Shown here piece by piece: positions 26,511 through 38,975 of a stretch of 64,000 bases of DNA. Source of the DNA: Sphyrna mokarran. Taxonomy: Eukaryota. Location of the stretch: contig JAGIQG010000012.1 of the NCBI GenBank assembly GCA_024679065.1, forward strand, positions 15,996,001 to 16,060,000, given 5' to 3'. The stretch's first letter is position 1; every line of letters begins with the position of its first letter. Both the position numbers and the translations under genes were made by a program. The notes below the pieces were generated by a model. The model did no database searches, was not told where the DNA came from, and saw only the letters and a list, made by a program, of their open reading frames with translations.

Positions 26511-27218
26511 AAAACTTGACTGTCTCTCCTTAACATGCGCAAATTCGACTGTTTTTGCTTGTCAGAATAATACAGCAAAAAGACCACTTGACCGATAGAT
26601 ATTGAGTCATTCTCCACTTTTCCTTATTTCAGGCCTCACAAACCTATTCTACTATTCAGTAATGGCTGACTGGAATGTGGTCTTAATACCCCACCACCTC
26701 CTTCTCAATAACCTCAGACTCCCTTATAGATCCAAATCTTTAGAATCAAAATCTTAGAAGCTCCAGCACCAATTCCTAAGGCTCCTGTTGGCTCGACTAA
26801 CAAGTTCACAGTATGCTTTCCTTCTGTCAATTTCTTATCCAATCAATTTGTTCCAATTTCAGTGAGACACTTTAGTGAGAAGCCTTGTAACATTTGCATA
26901 CTGCTTGCAGAACACACTTTATTTAATTCTATCCCAAGTAAGTAATAAAAAGCAATTCATTCAATGAACTTAGGCAGATGATGATACTCCCTTCAACAGG
27001 GAATCTTTCCATCACATCAGTGGCGTTGTTGCTCAGCTCTTCATGCTACCTTACAATACCTGGACATGAGTGAACAGCTCACTGCACTGGACTTCTGCCT
27101 AATTAATGCTTCCACACTACAGATTCCTTCTTACAAACATAGTGCCTACATTGGTTGAGCACATCAAATCTATTTTAACTCCAGAAGGTGTTACAAAAAC
27201 AGAAGCATCAGTGCTTAC

Positions 27219-27370
27219 CTCCTGAGGCTTGTCGTGTTTTACGTGGGGACTTTGGTTGTCTCTGGTAAGGGTCGTTCGACCCATACAGTTCAATTGTGCC
27301 CAGGTTTAGCAGCACAGTTTTCTGAATGTAATCTACCATTGCAATGCCATTGCAGTTTCCAAACACCAAA
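27219..27370 (-). CDS. STXBP5: STXBP5 exon, 152 nt: LVFGNCNGIAMVDYIQKTVLLNLGTIELYGSNDPYQRQPKSPRKTRQASG
   Basis: Boundaries ctctttag|T...GGAG|gtaagc; phase 2 to 1. Confidence 0.95.
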
Positions 27371-28389
27371 CTAAAGAGAAAAATGCATTATATTAAAGAA
27401 CATCTTCAGTCCACCAATAAATCCCAAACACTCAAACCTATATCTTTTCTTGAAAATCCAGAACTTTAAGCAAATGCATGCATGTAAACCAGAAGTTGAC
27501 TAGAAAGGACAATGGAATAACTCACATCAATAGCATATCCCTTGTTCTAACATTACCATTAAGCTAGTGGACCAAATCTACTTTAATAGAAGTGCAGAAG
27601 AGCACGCTAGGAGCTTTATCAAACTCTCTTAAAAATGAGGTGTCAAACTAGAGAAGTTATGATAGAAGTGATTCCCACAACCAGTGGATCACATTAAAAC
27701 TCTGCACTCCTAACATGTCCAGTTCTGAACGATGGGGGACAAACAAACAACAGATGGAGGGCAATCAAACAACAAATGGAAGGAGCTGACCAATGAATAT
27801 CCCTATCCTCAACCTAGAATAATGGAAGCCAGTAGAAATCTGGACAAATCCTATCTATCTCACCAATTGGTGTTTTTTCCAATATACTTTTCGGTGGTTT
27901 GGTTGCCAATCCAAAAAATCAGTAGTGTTATTTGGGAAGATTTTTGTGCGTGTCTTTATCCAGATACACTGGATTTCTGGAGTACAGCAAGTGGGTCAGA
28001 ATGCTCACCTCAAAGGCTAGGTAAGGCACAGATCCAGGATAAACTCCCCAATTAAATCTGTGTAATAATAGGCTGCATGTATATAACAATTCATGCAACA
28101 AAATACATCGAGGTTTTCAAAACATCAACTTATTTAATGTCTTTCATAAAAATGATTAAAGAAAACTTGATTCCAGGCCACATACAACAATTTTAGGAGT
28201 TGGCTTACTGCATGGTTAAAAAAAGATACATTTTTGAGGAGTGTCTTAAGAGTGCACAGTAAAGACACATATGTCTAGAAAGTTAACGTAGCAATTAGGT
28301 CACAGATCATTGAATGATGGAACTGATTCGATATGATAAACAGCATACTTGTTCTTTTACGTTCTTACAGATTTAGGGAGAGCATTGAA

Positions 28390-28900
28390 TTCCATAAGTA
28401 TAAATTCTGTGGCTAAAAGAGCAGGTAAGTTGCTGGGGATTCAGTGGCAAGTAACTCATCTGTACTCCCCAAAACCTGACACCATTTACAAGGCATGAGT
28501 CTGGAATATGATATAATGCTCTCCACTTCCTAGTGGAGTGCAGCTTCAACACAAGTTAAACACCAACCAGCATCCTCCATCTACCAGCTTAAACATTAAT
28601 TCACTGCACCATTGGCATACAGTGACAGTACTGTGCACATCTACAAGATGCACAACTTGCAACAGCTCTTAAGGCAGCACCTTCTGCCAATTTCAACAGC
28701 AGGTAAGGACAAGGGAAAGAGATGCATGAGATCACTACCTGAAAATCTTATCCTCCAGCCTACCCCAAGCCATTTGCATGCACCTACATTGGATGGACTA
28801 CATCAGGTGATTCACCTTTACCATCTCAAGGGAAATTAGGAATGAGCAACAAATGTTGGCCTTGCCAGTAATGCTCATATCCCAGAAATGAATAAAGAAT
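28390..28900 (+). mobile_element. CR1-class LINE 3' fragment (second family)
   Basis: 'ccatttacaaggcatgagtctggaatatgatataatgctctccact...catctcaagggaaattaggaatgagcaacaaatgttggccttgccag'; reverse copies near 2360-2700, 39230-39400 and 63070-63660. Confidence 0.65.
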
Positions 28901-29624
28901 ACATGCAATGTCATGGAGGTAAAAGTAGGCATTGCTGACGGCACATGTATGGAGTCAGACACTAAACTCAGTCTCAATTAGAACAATCAAGTTACCAATC
29001 ATTTGGTTCAGCCTCAAACACAGAGGGATGGCGTCAGTGGCTAGTAAACCAAGATTACAGCAGGGACCAAAGGCAATGGCCTTTCAGTATTTAAGTGGAG
29101 GAAATTACTGACCATTGTACAACTGGATATCAGACTAGTAGTGACAAATCAGCAACAGTGGAGGGGTTGAGAGAACTAGTGGTGAGGTCAAACTGGGATA
29201 TAGTCATTGTATGTTTGGAATCTGACATTGTTTTTTGGATGCTGACACAGCGTGAAAGTGAGAAATAGAGTGGGGCAACAATGCAGGAGAGAATTTAAGA
29301 GAAAGTTTTGAAGGTATAGACAAAGGGATGAGAAAGAGTGTACACAATACCAGAATAAGGTGAGTGAAAGCTGTCACTGAGGATGAAGATAACAGGCTTC
29401 ATGACAGGGTATGGTGAACACAGTTCCTGGTAGAAATTTGCTATTAGGAAACCAAGAAGAAAGTAGATGTGGAACAAAAAGTTAATTTGAGGTGTCAAAG
29501 CAGGAAATCTACTCAGGAGTGCTGTAATATCACATTTTAACCACTAGAATTTAGGACGAGTATGCTAGAACATATTTTGTGCAAGGTGATCAAGAGATTT
29601 AATGACAGCAAGGCTGATACTCAC

Positions 29625-29750
29625 AGTCCGTATGAAGAATTCACCGCTAGGCTGCTTATCTGCTGTGGAGGTTCACCATTAACCCATACTAGTTGAATCA
29701 CTACTTCAGCCTGATAGCCTGCCCCTTGTTTTAATGGAGTACTTTTAATT
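29625..29750 (-). CDS. STXBP5: STXBP5 exon, 126 nt: IKSTPLKQGAGYQAEVVIQLVWVNGEPPQQISSLAVNSSYGL
   Basis: Lies in ORF 29621..29812; boundaries ccttctccag|A...GGACT|gtgagt; phase 2 to 2. Confidence 0.95.
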
Positions 29751-31723
29751 CTGGAGAAGGAAACGTATATTTGATTAATTTGCAATTTTTTAGGATTATG
29801 TGAATTACACATAAAGATTGATTAATACATTATAGTGCTTGGAATTGTCCACTTAGTCTACGCTAAACACAATCTTCAAATCACAATAAGAATATAATGA
29901 GGTTTAAATTTCCTCATCAATATTTCTCATTCTCATCTCAGATGACAATTCCTCACTTAGCCATAGTTCTACACTCCTAGATCATACAGGGGAGCCCAAA
30001 TGATAACTGCAGGGAGAGTTGGTGTTCACACCTGAGGCTGACCCTGACCAGATCCTAGTACCATTTTTATTAGCAATTAAGAGTAGATTCCAGTTGGGTT
30101 TAAATGCCAAATGCAGTAGCCCTACCTTAAGTGATGATTGGCTCATTTATCATAAACTGGGATACAACTTGGGCCCATTCTAGCTCAGCTATATTTTCTA
30201 ATCAATTGATCCATTGTAAACTTGGTTCCCAAGTACAAAATTCACAAAGGCTATTCCACTGTACAGAGATGGGGCTACAGCAATTAATTAGAATTATATA
30301 GGACAAATCTTTATTTGCAGGAACCAATGTAGTAATTAGAAAGGTTTTTTTTGAAGTATAAAAAGTTAGCTCTTGATTAATATGAATCTGGAATGTGATC
30401 GTGTAGTGGTCATGTTATGGACCAGCTTTCCAATGGCCGTATATGTTTTTTTTAAACGGTGAAGTTGACCACATTCATCATCTGGGCATTTGGTAGGGTT
30501 CCAGTAAGTGCATAGGTAACTGCCAAGACTAAGCTGCGTAAGGAAGATTTTACAGCTAATAGGACATAATACTGCAGACGAATGAACTTTGAATAAGTTG
30601 TTGGCTTAGGATTTCCTCTCCTGACATTTACTGTCTGCCTCTGATAAGCGCTTGCTTTCGAAGGAGGACACACCGTTTCTCATTTGGCTGTATCAAATAC
30701 AGGAATTCTAGGCATGTTTATCCTCCATAGATTCAAAGTTGGTGTTAAAACTCCGAAGTAAAGGCTTCCGAGTGTCCTCATGGCACTTCCTCTCAACACC
30801 ATGAGAGCATACCTCAGATTTAAGCTCTCCACAAAAGATTCACTGGACAAAATCTAGAGACTGCAAATCTCACCACGGTAGTTTGAGAATTTAATCTCAG
30901 TTTTTAAAATCGGAAATATAATGCTGGCAGTGAAAGTGAACATAAAACTGTCAGATTGTAATACAGTTCAAACGTTTAACCAACACCCAACAAGGAAGGA
31001 AACCTACTGTCCTTATCTAATTGGACCTATACGCACACAAATCCACACCAACAGTTGATTCTTAATTGCTCTGAGGTGACCCAGCAACTGTGTCGAACTT
31101 TCTTACAGCAACTAGTGCTGGGCAATAAATGCTGTCCTTTCCAGCAAAAACAACATCAATTCTTTACAATGTTTATAGTTGAAGAAAGCAGACAAAGCAT
31201 TTTTAGTGTGTGCAAGTCAAATGGTAGTACAACATATAGCAATGCAAATGTGGCAAAAACATTTACTGGAGATAAATTTACCTCATGCTTTTAACAATCT
31301 CAATCAGGTGGTGCATAGATCATAGTTATCAGCCCTACTCAGCACCAGAGTAATGCAAAATATTCATTAATTCACCAAAAACTCACTTTTGGTCTACTCA
31401 TTAGATAAATTGTATAGGGGCGGGAAGTCACTTAAGATATTGCTTACTATTTAACTGAAAATCCAAACATCATTAGCATTAATTTGCATATCCCTAATTT
31501 CCTTTCACATTCTCAACTAAAAGTGAAATCTCAAAGAGGATGGCATTTGAGACCATGTGAGTGTCTTGAATTCAACACCAAAATGCAATGAAAATATCAC
31601 TAACTAAAATTGTTTCACTCAGCTTGCAAAACTTAGAAATATAACGAGATATTCACTCCAATTGCTGTGTGCAATGGGAATTCACTTTTCATTGCAATAA
31701 AGCAACCGATTTATGCACATTTA

Positions 31724-32706
31724 TGAACTATCCAGAAGCCTTTGGTTTCTTATTACTTTCCCCATGGCATTGCCTTGGCTGATCAGAATTGACTTGCTAA
31801 CCAGTCAGTACTCTTTTCCTCCTGTGGTGTAATTGTTGTGATAGCTTGGACAAGTGCAACAATGCCAAATTTCAATGAGTGAAAGAGGAAGAACTCAAAC
31901 GTCTCTCTCTTCAGTGTTCACATATCCTACTGCCAAGCAACTACAGCGGTTTAGTGTTTTAGTAACTGAAGCAAGTTATTATATTAATATAAACAAAACT
32001 AACAGAGTGCTTGTGCTTTCATTTCTTCACAGCAAAGTCTGACTTGAAGGATTAATCTTCTTTACAAGTCACTCTATCTCATGAGAATTGTATAAACTGT
32101 GATGTTGTTATCTTTATGATTGGTTAATGATCAAGCTGATTTTTCAGAAAATTCTGAGGCACTTGTGCCATAGGAAATACAGTTTCTCAAGATTCTGGTG
32201 ATTGCTCCAACAAGGGCAGCATAAAAGAGCCAGGCAACTTTGGTGTGGCATAAGAGTTAGAATAAAAACACAGGTTGGTCATGCAGAAATTTGCATTCAT
32301 CACATGGTATAGGTTTTCAGGAAATTCTCGGCCATTAAGATCCTTGCAAAGGATTATTTAAATAATACATCAGGAATCAAGGTAAACTGTTTGCCAAAAG
32401 ACGTGGTGCGTCCCTTCTGAGTTAATTACTTCACCACTGGGAAACAGGCCTTCAGTTACTAAAAAACTAAACCGCTGTAGTTGCTTGTAGGACAGGTGAA
32501 CACTGCTGAAGAGAGAGACATTTGAGGTTCTTCCTCTTTCACTCATTGAAATTTGGCATTGTTGCTCTTGTTCAAGCTATCACAACAATTACACCACAGG
32601 AGGAAAAAAGTACTGACTGGTTAGCAAGTCAATTCTGATCAGCCAAGGCAATGCCATGGGGAAAGCAATAAGGAACCAAAGGCTCCCCATGCTTCTGGAT
32701 AATTCA
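31724..32706. repeat. Long inverted repeat: arms 31724-31971 and 32450-32706, spacer about 480 bp
   Basis: For example ccccatggcattgccttggctgatcagaattgacttgctaaccagtcagtact is the exact reverse complement of agtactgactggttagcaagtcaattctgatcagccaaggcaatgccatgggg. Confidence 0.92.
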
Positions 32707-33346
32707 AGTAGCTTGAACATATTCCTTTTGTTTGTAGAAAACTGTTGCCAGTGTATGAATGGATGTTGCTTCCAGCAAGTATAAATGAGCCACATTACAA
32801 GCTTGACTGATTATTTTAAATTGGTCATTCGAGTAGCAATGAGCACACTCAGGATTGTTCAGGAAGTGTTGTCCAATTGCAAAATCACATCTAAGAGTAG
32901 TTATTTTGTTTTATGTTTCACAAACACAGGCTGGTTTGGACTTGGCCTACTTAGCACAGCTGAAGAACATGTTTCATTTGGTTAGCCAATCACTGGGATG
33001 TATAGCTTAAGTACTGGACATCACATTGATACAGAAATTCATATCTGGACTTCCTCAATTGTGGGGTAATCAGAATGTCTTTCTGGACTGATGGCAATAT
33101 TCTATTAGTGGAAAATAATGTGCTGCCATTATATAGTAACAGTGTGAAATGACTGACTTAACTTGCTCAAATTTTTTTTTTTTAAGATATTTTGTCTTCT
33201 AGGGTAACTTGAAGTAGACTGGCACTCTTCAGTTCTATATTAACAATCTTTGTTCTATTTGTGAGTTTGTACAATATACAGTGAACAACAAAGGGATTGG
33301 GGTTGCAATTGTCCTGCAAGATAGCTTTGGTGTGCTTTATTCCTTG

Positions 33347-33414
33347 CAAGATAACCAAATAACCTCAGCCCTATTTACAAGATTACCAAATAACCTCAGC
33401 CCTATTTACAAGAT
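33347..33414. repeat. 31-bp tandem duplication (2.2 copies)
   Basis: Unit caagat(a/t)accaaataacctcagccctattta occurs twice, followed by caagat. Confidence 0.9.
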
Positions 33415-34289
33415 TGCTAATAAATAGCACATGGAACTATATGAATCCCAATGTAAATACTAACTGGTGAAGAAATATTTGCAATAGACAACAGTAGAGA
33501 ATCATTATTGAGTGCCAAATGAGCATTCTGAGGAAATGGAGTTTGTTAAACTGTTCTGCCTCAACTGAATTGCAGGGTGGGATAGAGTACATTAGGCATG
33601 CAAGGAAATCCTTCTGTGCAGCTGTAGATTCAAAGATCGTGAATGCATCATGTACAGATTCAAAACATGCACAGGGTAGGATGTTAGGGCTCTTTCATAA
33701 AACTCTGTTTTTCATGGAAACTGATAAAAAAAATGTTAGGGAGTGCTGGACTGAGAGAGGATTCCACAGCTACAGATATCTGGGCATAGGTGATGTTATT
33801 AAATCTAAACTAGACCTCGTAAAACTGTTAAGTTCAAGATAAATGGACACAAATTTAGAAAATAACGGCATATTCATATTGTCATGATATACTGGCAAAC
33901 ATCAAACACTTCCTTTAGTAGGCTGCTCATAATTAAGTCAACAATGTTGAAGTACATAGACAAGCTATTACCAACATGTATAGACTTAGCTAAGGTGCAG
34001 GAATCCTCCATGTACATTTCAAATTGAGGAAGAACTGGTTGCAACTCTCTCACTTATTTGGTCAATTCAGGCTGTGTAGGATCAGTCATTGTAAAATCAG
34101 ATATAATAAGACATCATATCTGTGTGTATTTGGCAACCCATATATATGTGGATGTACTGAACCATGAAAATGAATCCCATCATATACATCATGCAGTTCA
34201 TTACTGTTACACAAATTCAATATTTACTGTTAGATTGGGCAGCACTTTCCAAATGATCCCGAATGGGCTTTTGGTTGGATTAGCAACAA

Positions 34290-34430
34290 ATTTAAGACAA
34301 TCAGCAGATCTCTTAATGTGGTTCACTTACACTTGCAATTTGTTGTGACTGTTTGAAATTTCACCTTCTTGCATTTATCCTAATGAGTGCAAGACCAAAA
34401 GCTTCAACAATGTGTCTGTTTTCAGTAATC
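34290..34430 (+). mobile_element. Penelope-like terminal-repeat fragment with degenerate hammerhead motif
   Basis: 'ttgaaatttcaccttcttgcatttatcctaatgagtgcaagaccaaaagcttcaacaatgtgtctgttttcag' is similar to 43100-43170. Confidence 0.6.
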
Positions 34431-35125
34431 TAATTCGGTCTTAACTTTTCTCATTACAGGTTTAAAATTCTTAATACCGATCTGCCTTAATTACTTGTAT
34501 CAAATATTGTTAATAACAATCTTGTGAAATGATCTGAAGGCGCTACATAATACAAGTTGATGTTGAAAGTTTAATTCTTTTAAGTCAAACTTTTCTACTG
34601 AGAAATTGGAACCCTTTAAAACTGTCATCATGCAAGTTCATGGGTGAAATATTTCATAAAAAGTAAAGATGATTTTAATCTCAAAAACTCGCATTTCTGC
34701 TTACACACCTTCAGCATGTCCCAAGTGCTATATAAGTAACTCATACTTCTGAAGTGCAGTCACTGTTAAATATACAATTCACTGTAAACCTCCATAAAAT
34801 AAGCAGGATGAATGATTCTTTTTGACAAACAGGGCCTCTATTTAGTCCTAAAAATAGCATCTCCAAGAATGTAGTATTCCCTCAGTCACTTCACTTGATG
34901 GGTCAGCCCAGATTACATGTGCAAGTCACTGAAGTGAGGCTTCAACCCTCAGTCTAAAACAGAGATATGAGCATCGGCAACTAAGCTTGGATGAAACATT
35001 ACAAGAACAGCGAGCATGTAAAGCACAGGAAAACGGGTGTGATACAAATAAAGGTAACAGGAGTTGGTGCTGTGACTGATACTATCACACCAGCTTGGGT
35101 TCCTCAAACAGAAAATCTGACGCCA

Positions 35126-35735
35126 TGTGTCAGTTGTGGCTCCATTAGACACACTTTCCTCTGAGTCAGGGAGTTCAGGTCCTACTTCAACACAACATTC
35201 TAGGTTGATATTCCAATACAGGGAGTGCTGCACTGTCAGAGGCATCTTCTTTCAAATGAAAAGTTAAACTGAGGCCTCGTACTCTCAGATGGAAGCAAAA
35301 ACTCCTATGAACTAAAAGAGAAGCAGTGGAGTTATCCTTCATGCCATAAATCAAATTATAAAAACAAATCCAACAGGAACTGTGGAGAGAGAGAGAACCT
35401 AAATCAGATCATCTAGTCATTTTTCTCATGAGCGTTTGAGTTCCCTGCATTACAACAGTGACTGCATTTCAAAAGTGCCTGAGTTTTCCAAAGAAGTCAT
35501 TTTGGACTCAAAACATTAACTCAGATGCTGCCAGACCTGCCAAGCATTTTTTCAGCATTTTCTGCTTTTATTTCAGATTAAGAAGTCTCACAACACCAGG
35601 TTGTTTCAAGTAATAACCAGGTTATTTCAGCTTGCCAGCATCCATGGTATTTTGCTCTTATTTCAAATTGACTGTAAAGCGCTTCAGGACATCATGAAGT
35701 CATGAATACAATATATAATAGCAAGTCTTTTTAAA
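35126..35735 (+). mobile_element. DeuSINE/SacSINE1-like SINE interrupted at about 35483-35668 by Penelope-like terminal fragments
   Basis: Head 'gtgtcagttgtggctc'; Deu domain 'gggagtgctgcactgtcagaggcatcttctttcaaatgaaaagttaaactgaggcc'; insert 'cagatgctgccagacctgcc...ttttatttcagatt agaagtctcacaacaccaggtt'. Confidence 0.7.
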
Positions 35736-35789
35736 CAGAAACTTACTTATCAAAGTCACCTTAATTTTCTTGAATAGATCAATACTCAC

Positions 35790-35968
35790 TTAAGACAGGG
35801 CACATTATCGCGGAGACCATCTGATGAGCTGCTACTTGTAGAGGGATGTGACTGAGAGTTTGCAGTCTGAGAGTTTGGTCCCTGGCATGATGTCACCAAC
35901 GATGGTACTTGTTCAGTGTCTGGTGATTCCAAATCATTTATTTCATAATGCAATCGTATTTCGAGCAT
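35790..35968 (-). CDS. STXBP5: STXBP5 exon, 179 nt: MLEIRLHYEINDLESPDTEQVPSLVTSCQGPNSQTANSQSHPSTSSSSSDGLRDNVPCLK
   Basis: Lies in ORF 35786..35968; boundaries ctgttcag|ATG...CTTAA|gtgagt; phase 0 to 2. Confidence 0.95.
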
Positions 35969-37371
35969 CTGAACAGGAGAGAGAATAATACTGTTATACT
36001 ATTGCACTGTAATCATCCACTCATTTAATGTCCAGCAACCTAAACAGTACTTTGACTTGACTAAAACAAACAAGATGATAATCAATATGCAATTCATATT
36101 ATCCAACAGTTCTAAAGTGCAGTACTGCGAAACACTGGATGATTAAGTCATTTTAGTTACATCACAATGTAAAACAGCTTTGTCATGAAGAAAATTAACT
36201 GTTAGCACTGCAATGGAGAATGATTTAAATCAAGAACAGCAGAATTCACGATATGAATTCTAAACTCGTAATGTGAACAAAGATACCAGGCATACGCATT
36301 ACAACACCTTGGGCTCACATCGCTCGTGGAATTTGATCCAGGAAGCTTGAATGCCTAAACCCAGGCCTCAGCTGCTGAAGGTATTATGTCAGCTTCTGAT
36401 GAATAATTACCACGTTAGCTTATAGTCCTGCCAAACGCTTCATGGTAACAAGTGTATTATGTTGATGCTCTGTGGCTCATTCCGATAGGTGCCACTAATG
36501 TATCTTGGTGCAATTTTCAATGTCATTTAATTTTAATAAAGTTAAGAACGATATTGATAAGGGTAAGTAAGCTGAAATCTTTTTCACTGGCAGGCAGGTG
36601 GGTAACCAGAGCAACAGATAATGATAACAGGCACAGAGACCAAACGTGAGAAGAATTTATGTTCTGCAGCAAGTTTCTGACCTGAAATGTATAGTCCAAA
36701 AGGTTAGTAACTTCTAAAATGGAATTGAGTGTATACGAAAAAGCTAAAATTTGTTGAGCTTTGAGGAAGGAACAGGGGAGTGGATTCAATTGGTCGCTCT
36801 TTAACAGTAAGAATGGTGGACTAAACTCTATCCAGTATGAAACTATGAAATATCTCAAAATTTCATAGTCAAGACTACTGCCAGTTTACCAGCTGATGTG
36901 CTAAATTGTACCATAGATGCCGGAGTATAAGTTGACTTACGAAGCCTTGAAAAACTTATTGGAAAACAGGAGTCAAGTGCCCTCCAGGCAGGGGTGCTGG
37001 CAATTGCCTTTTAGAAATGTGACTAGCATTCAATGCAGAATGGACATATCTCAAAACTCCCACACATCTTCGCAATGCAGCCTGTATTGCTGACTTGATC
37101 TCTTGCACCCAATTATAAGATACCGGTAAGTAATAAAACACGTGTTTATGAAGTGAACAATTGAGACTGACTGCAAAGGCAAGTATAGCATATTGTGCTT
37201 GAAAAAGTGTGTGGGAGTATGGGAGCTAATGGTTGCCAACTTATACACCAAGAATATACAAAAGAATGATTTGCAAAATTGGGTTGTCTTCTACACTACA
37301 ATCTACTTTAGATATAATCAGCTATTACATCAGTATGGATCCAATATCTAAATCTTAACTGTTGGTCATAC

Positions 37372-37592
37372 CTGGATAGTCTCTGTTGTCACTTCCTGTC
37401 TGCTGAATTTGTAAACTATTACATGTGCTGATACTCCTGCCACACACAGCATTCTGCTTTCAGGACACCATGTGATGATCTGAATGGCGTATGGGTCTTC
37501 ATCCACAATGTCTGTGTTTGGTTTTTCCTCTTTATTCCGAGATTTTTCAAATACCTTGGATGTCTTCATCTTGTACAAAACTTGTAATGTTA
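37372..37592 (-). CDS. STXBP5: STXBP5 exon, 221 nt: ITLQVLYKMKTSKVFEKSRNKEEKPNTDIVDEDPYAIQIITWCPESRMLCVAGVSAHVIVYKFSRQEVTTETIQ
   Basis: Lies in ORF 37366..37662; boundaries cttgttag|TA...CAG|gtatga; phase 1 to 0. Confidence 0.96.
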
Positions 37593-38934
37593 CTAACAAG
37601 TAAGGAAAATAAAAATGTGGAGAATAAGAACATGTTACAATATCTGTCCAAATTAAAAGCAACTTAATGCATATTCAATATTGAGCTTACTCATTTAGAT
37701 GAACTACAATACTCTTGGTCCTAGAAACACCATGGCTGATCAGCCAGTAAATACTAAGAACCCAACTTCTGAGACACGGTCAGATTTTAATTTTTAAAAA
37801 AAATTCTTAAGTATTCCCTATGATCAGTCTCCTGTGCAAGAATAACAAGACAAATTAAACTACTTTCACTTTTGAAGAAACATCAGATCTCAAAAACAAC
37901 CAATTTTTGTATGCCAGCATAAAACTGTGAAAGAGAAATGTTCAAACTAAATAGTCCTCCGTATATTATGAACAGGGACGTAAAATCATGTGGGCTCTTT
38001 CAAAGAACTATTTTATTGACATATTCCACAGCTAGTGCCTCTGCACATTCCAAATAATGGTCTGGCATCCTAAATGTGGAGGGCTTTCCCCAATAATTAG
38101 AAACTAAACCTTTCAACTGAACTTGGTTGAAGGCAAAGGAGAAGAATTGGGATGGGGAGGTCTATTACATCTTTGGCAGGTAATTCACTTTATTTCTTCT
38201 CCCTGTCTAAATATTAAATGTTAAGAATAAATTCACTCCAGCAATTAAACCCAAATCATTTTACAGAATATTTATTTTGGAGGCAGAAATAGTAGAATAA
38301 AGCCAAAGTAAGTTGATTTCCTCAAATTATTTAAGTCAGGTCCTATTCAGAATGTTGTGGCTTTCATTGATTCTGCCCACTTGCATAGTGCATTTTGTAT
38401 AAGGAAAAAAACGTAGTTGGAAGTGATGGTTGGTCGTTCTGAGGTTAGAAAAAACACTCAGTTGAAGTCAGATTTTGCAGACAGACTAAGACTCTGATGT
38501 TAAAACTTCAAAAGTTTTAATGAACAGTAAGAAAACATAATCACAGCATTGTTAAATATATGTTTGAATTTGATCTGATGAAAGCATATTACAGATATTA
38601 GAAATGTCAGTTACTGAGAAAAAAATATGGCAAATTAATTTCTTCACCAAGAGCATTTTAAATAATTTGATAATCAACAAACTATATACTGGGAATTCCC
38701 ATCGTGGGACTATCCATGTTTGATCTAATTTAACAAAAGATAATCTGGCTTGCCTGCATAGAGGGAAAGACAAACTCACAAGATGTAACATCATAACTTT
38801 AGTCTAATTTTATAAATACTATATCAACTCCCTGCAGTGATGTCCATGACAAAAATGTTTTAAGATACATCAATAATTTGTCCTTTGGAGAAGAATATTT
38901 CATTAAGGATTTTGAAGGAATTTAGCGAACTTAC

Positions 38935-38975
38935 TGGCTGAAGCATCCCAGAATTTCAATGATCCATCTGCATGC
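38935..38975 (-). CDS. STXBP5: STXBP5 exon, 41 nt: HADGSLKFWDASA
   Basis: Boundaries ttctttag|G...GCCA|gtaagt; contains the WD40 'KFWD' signature; phase 2 to 1. Confidence 0.95.
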
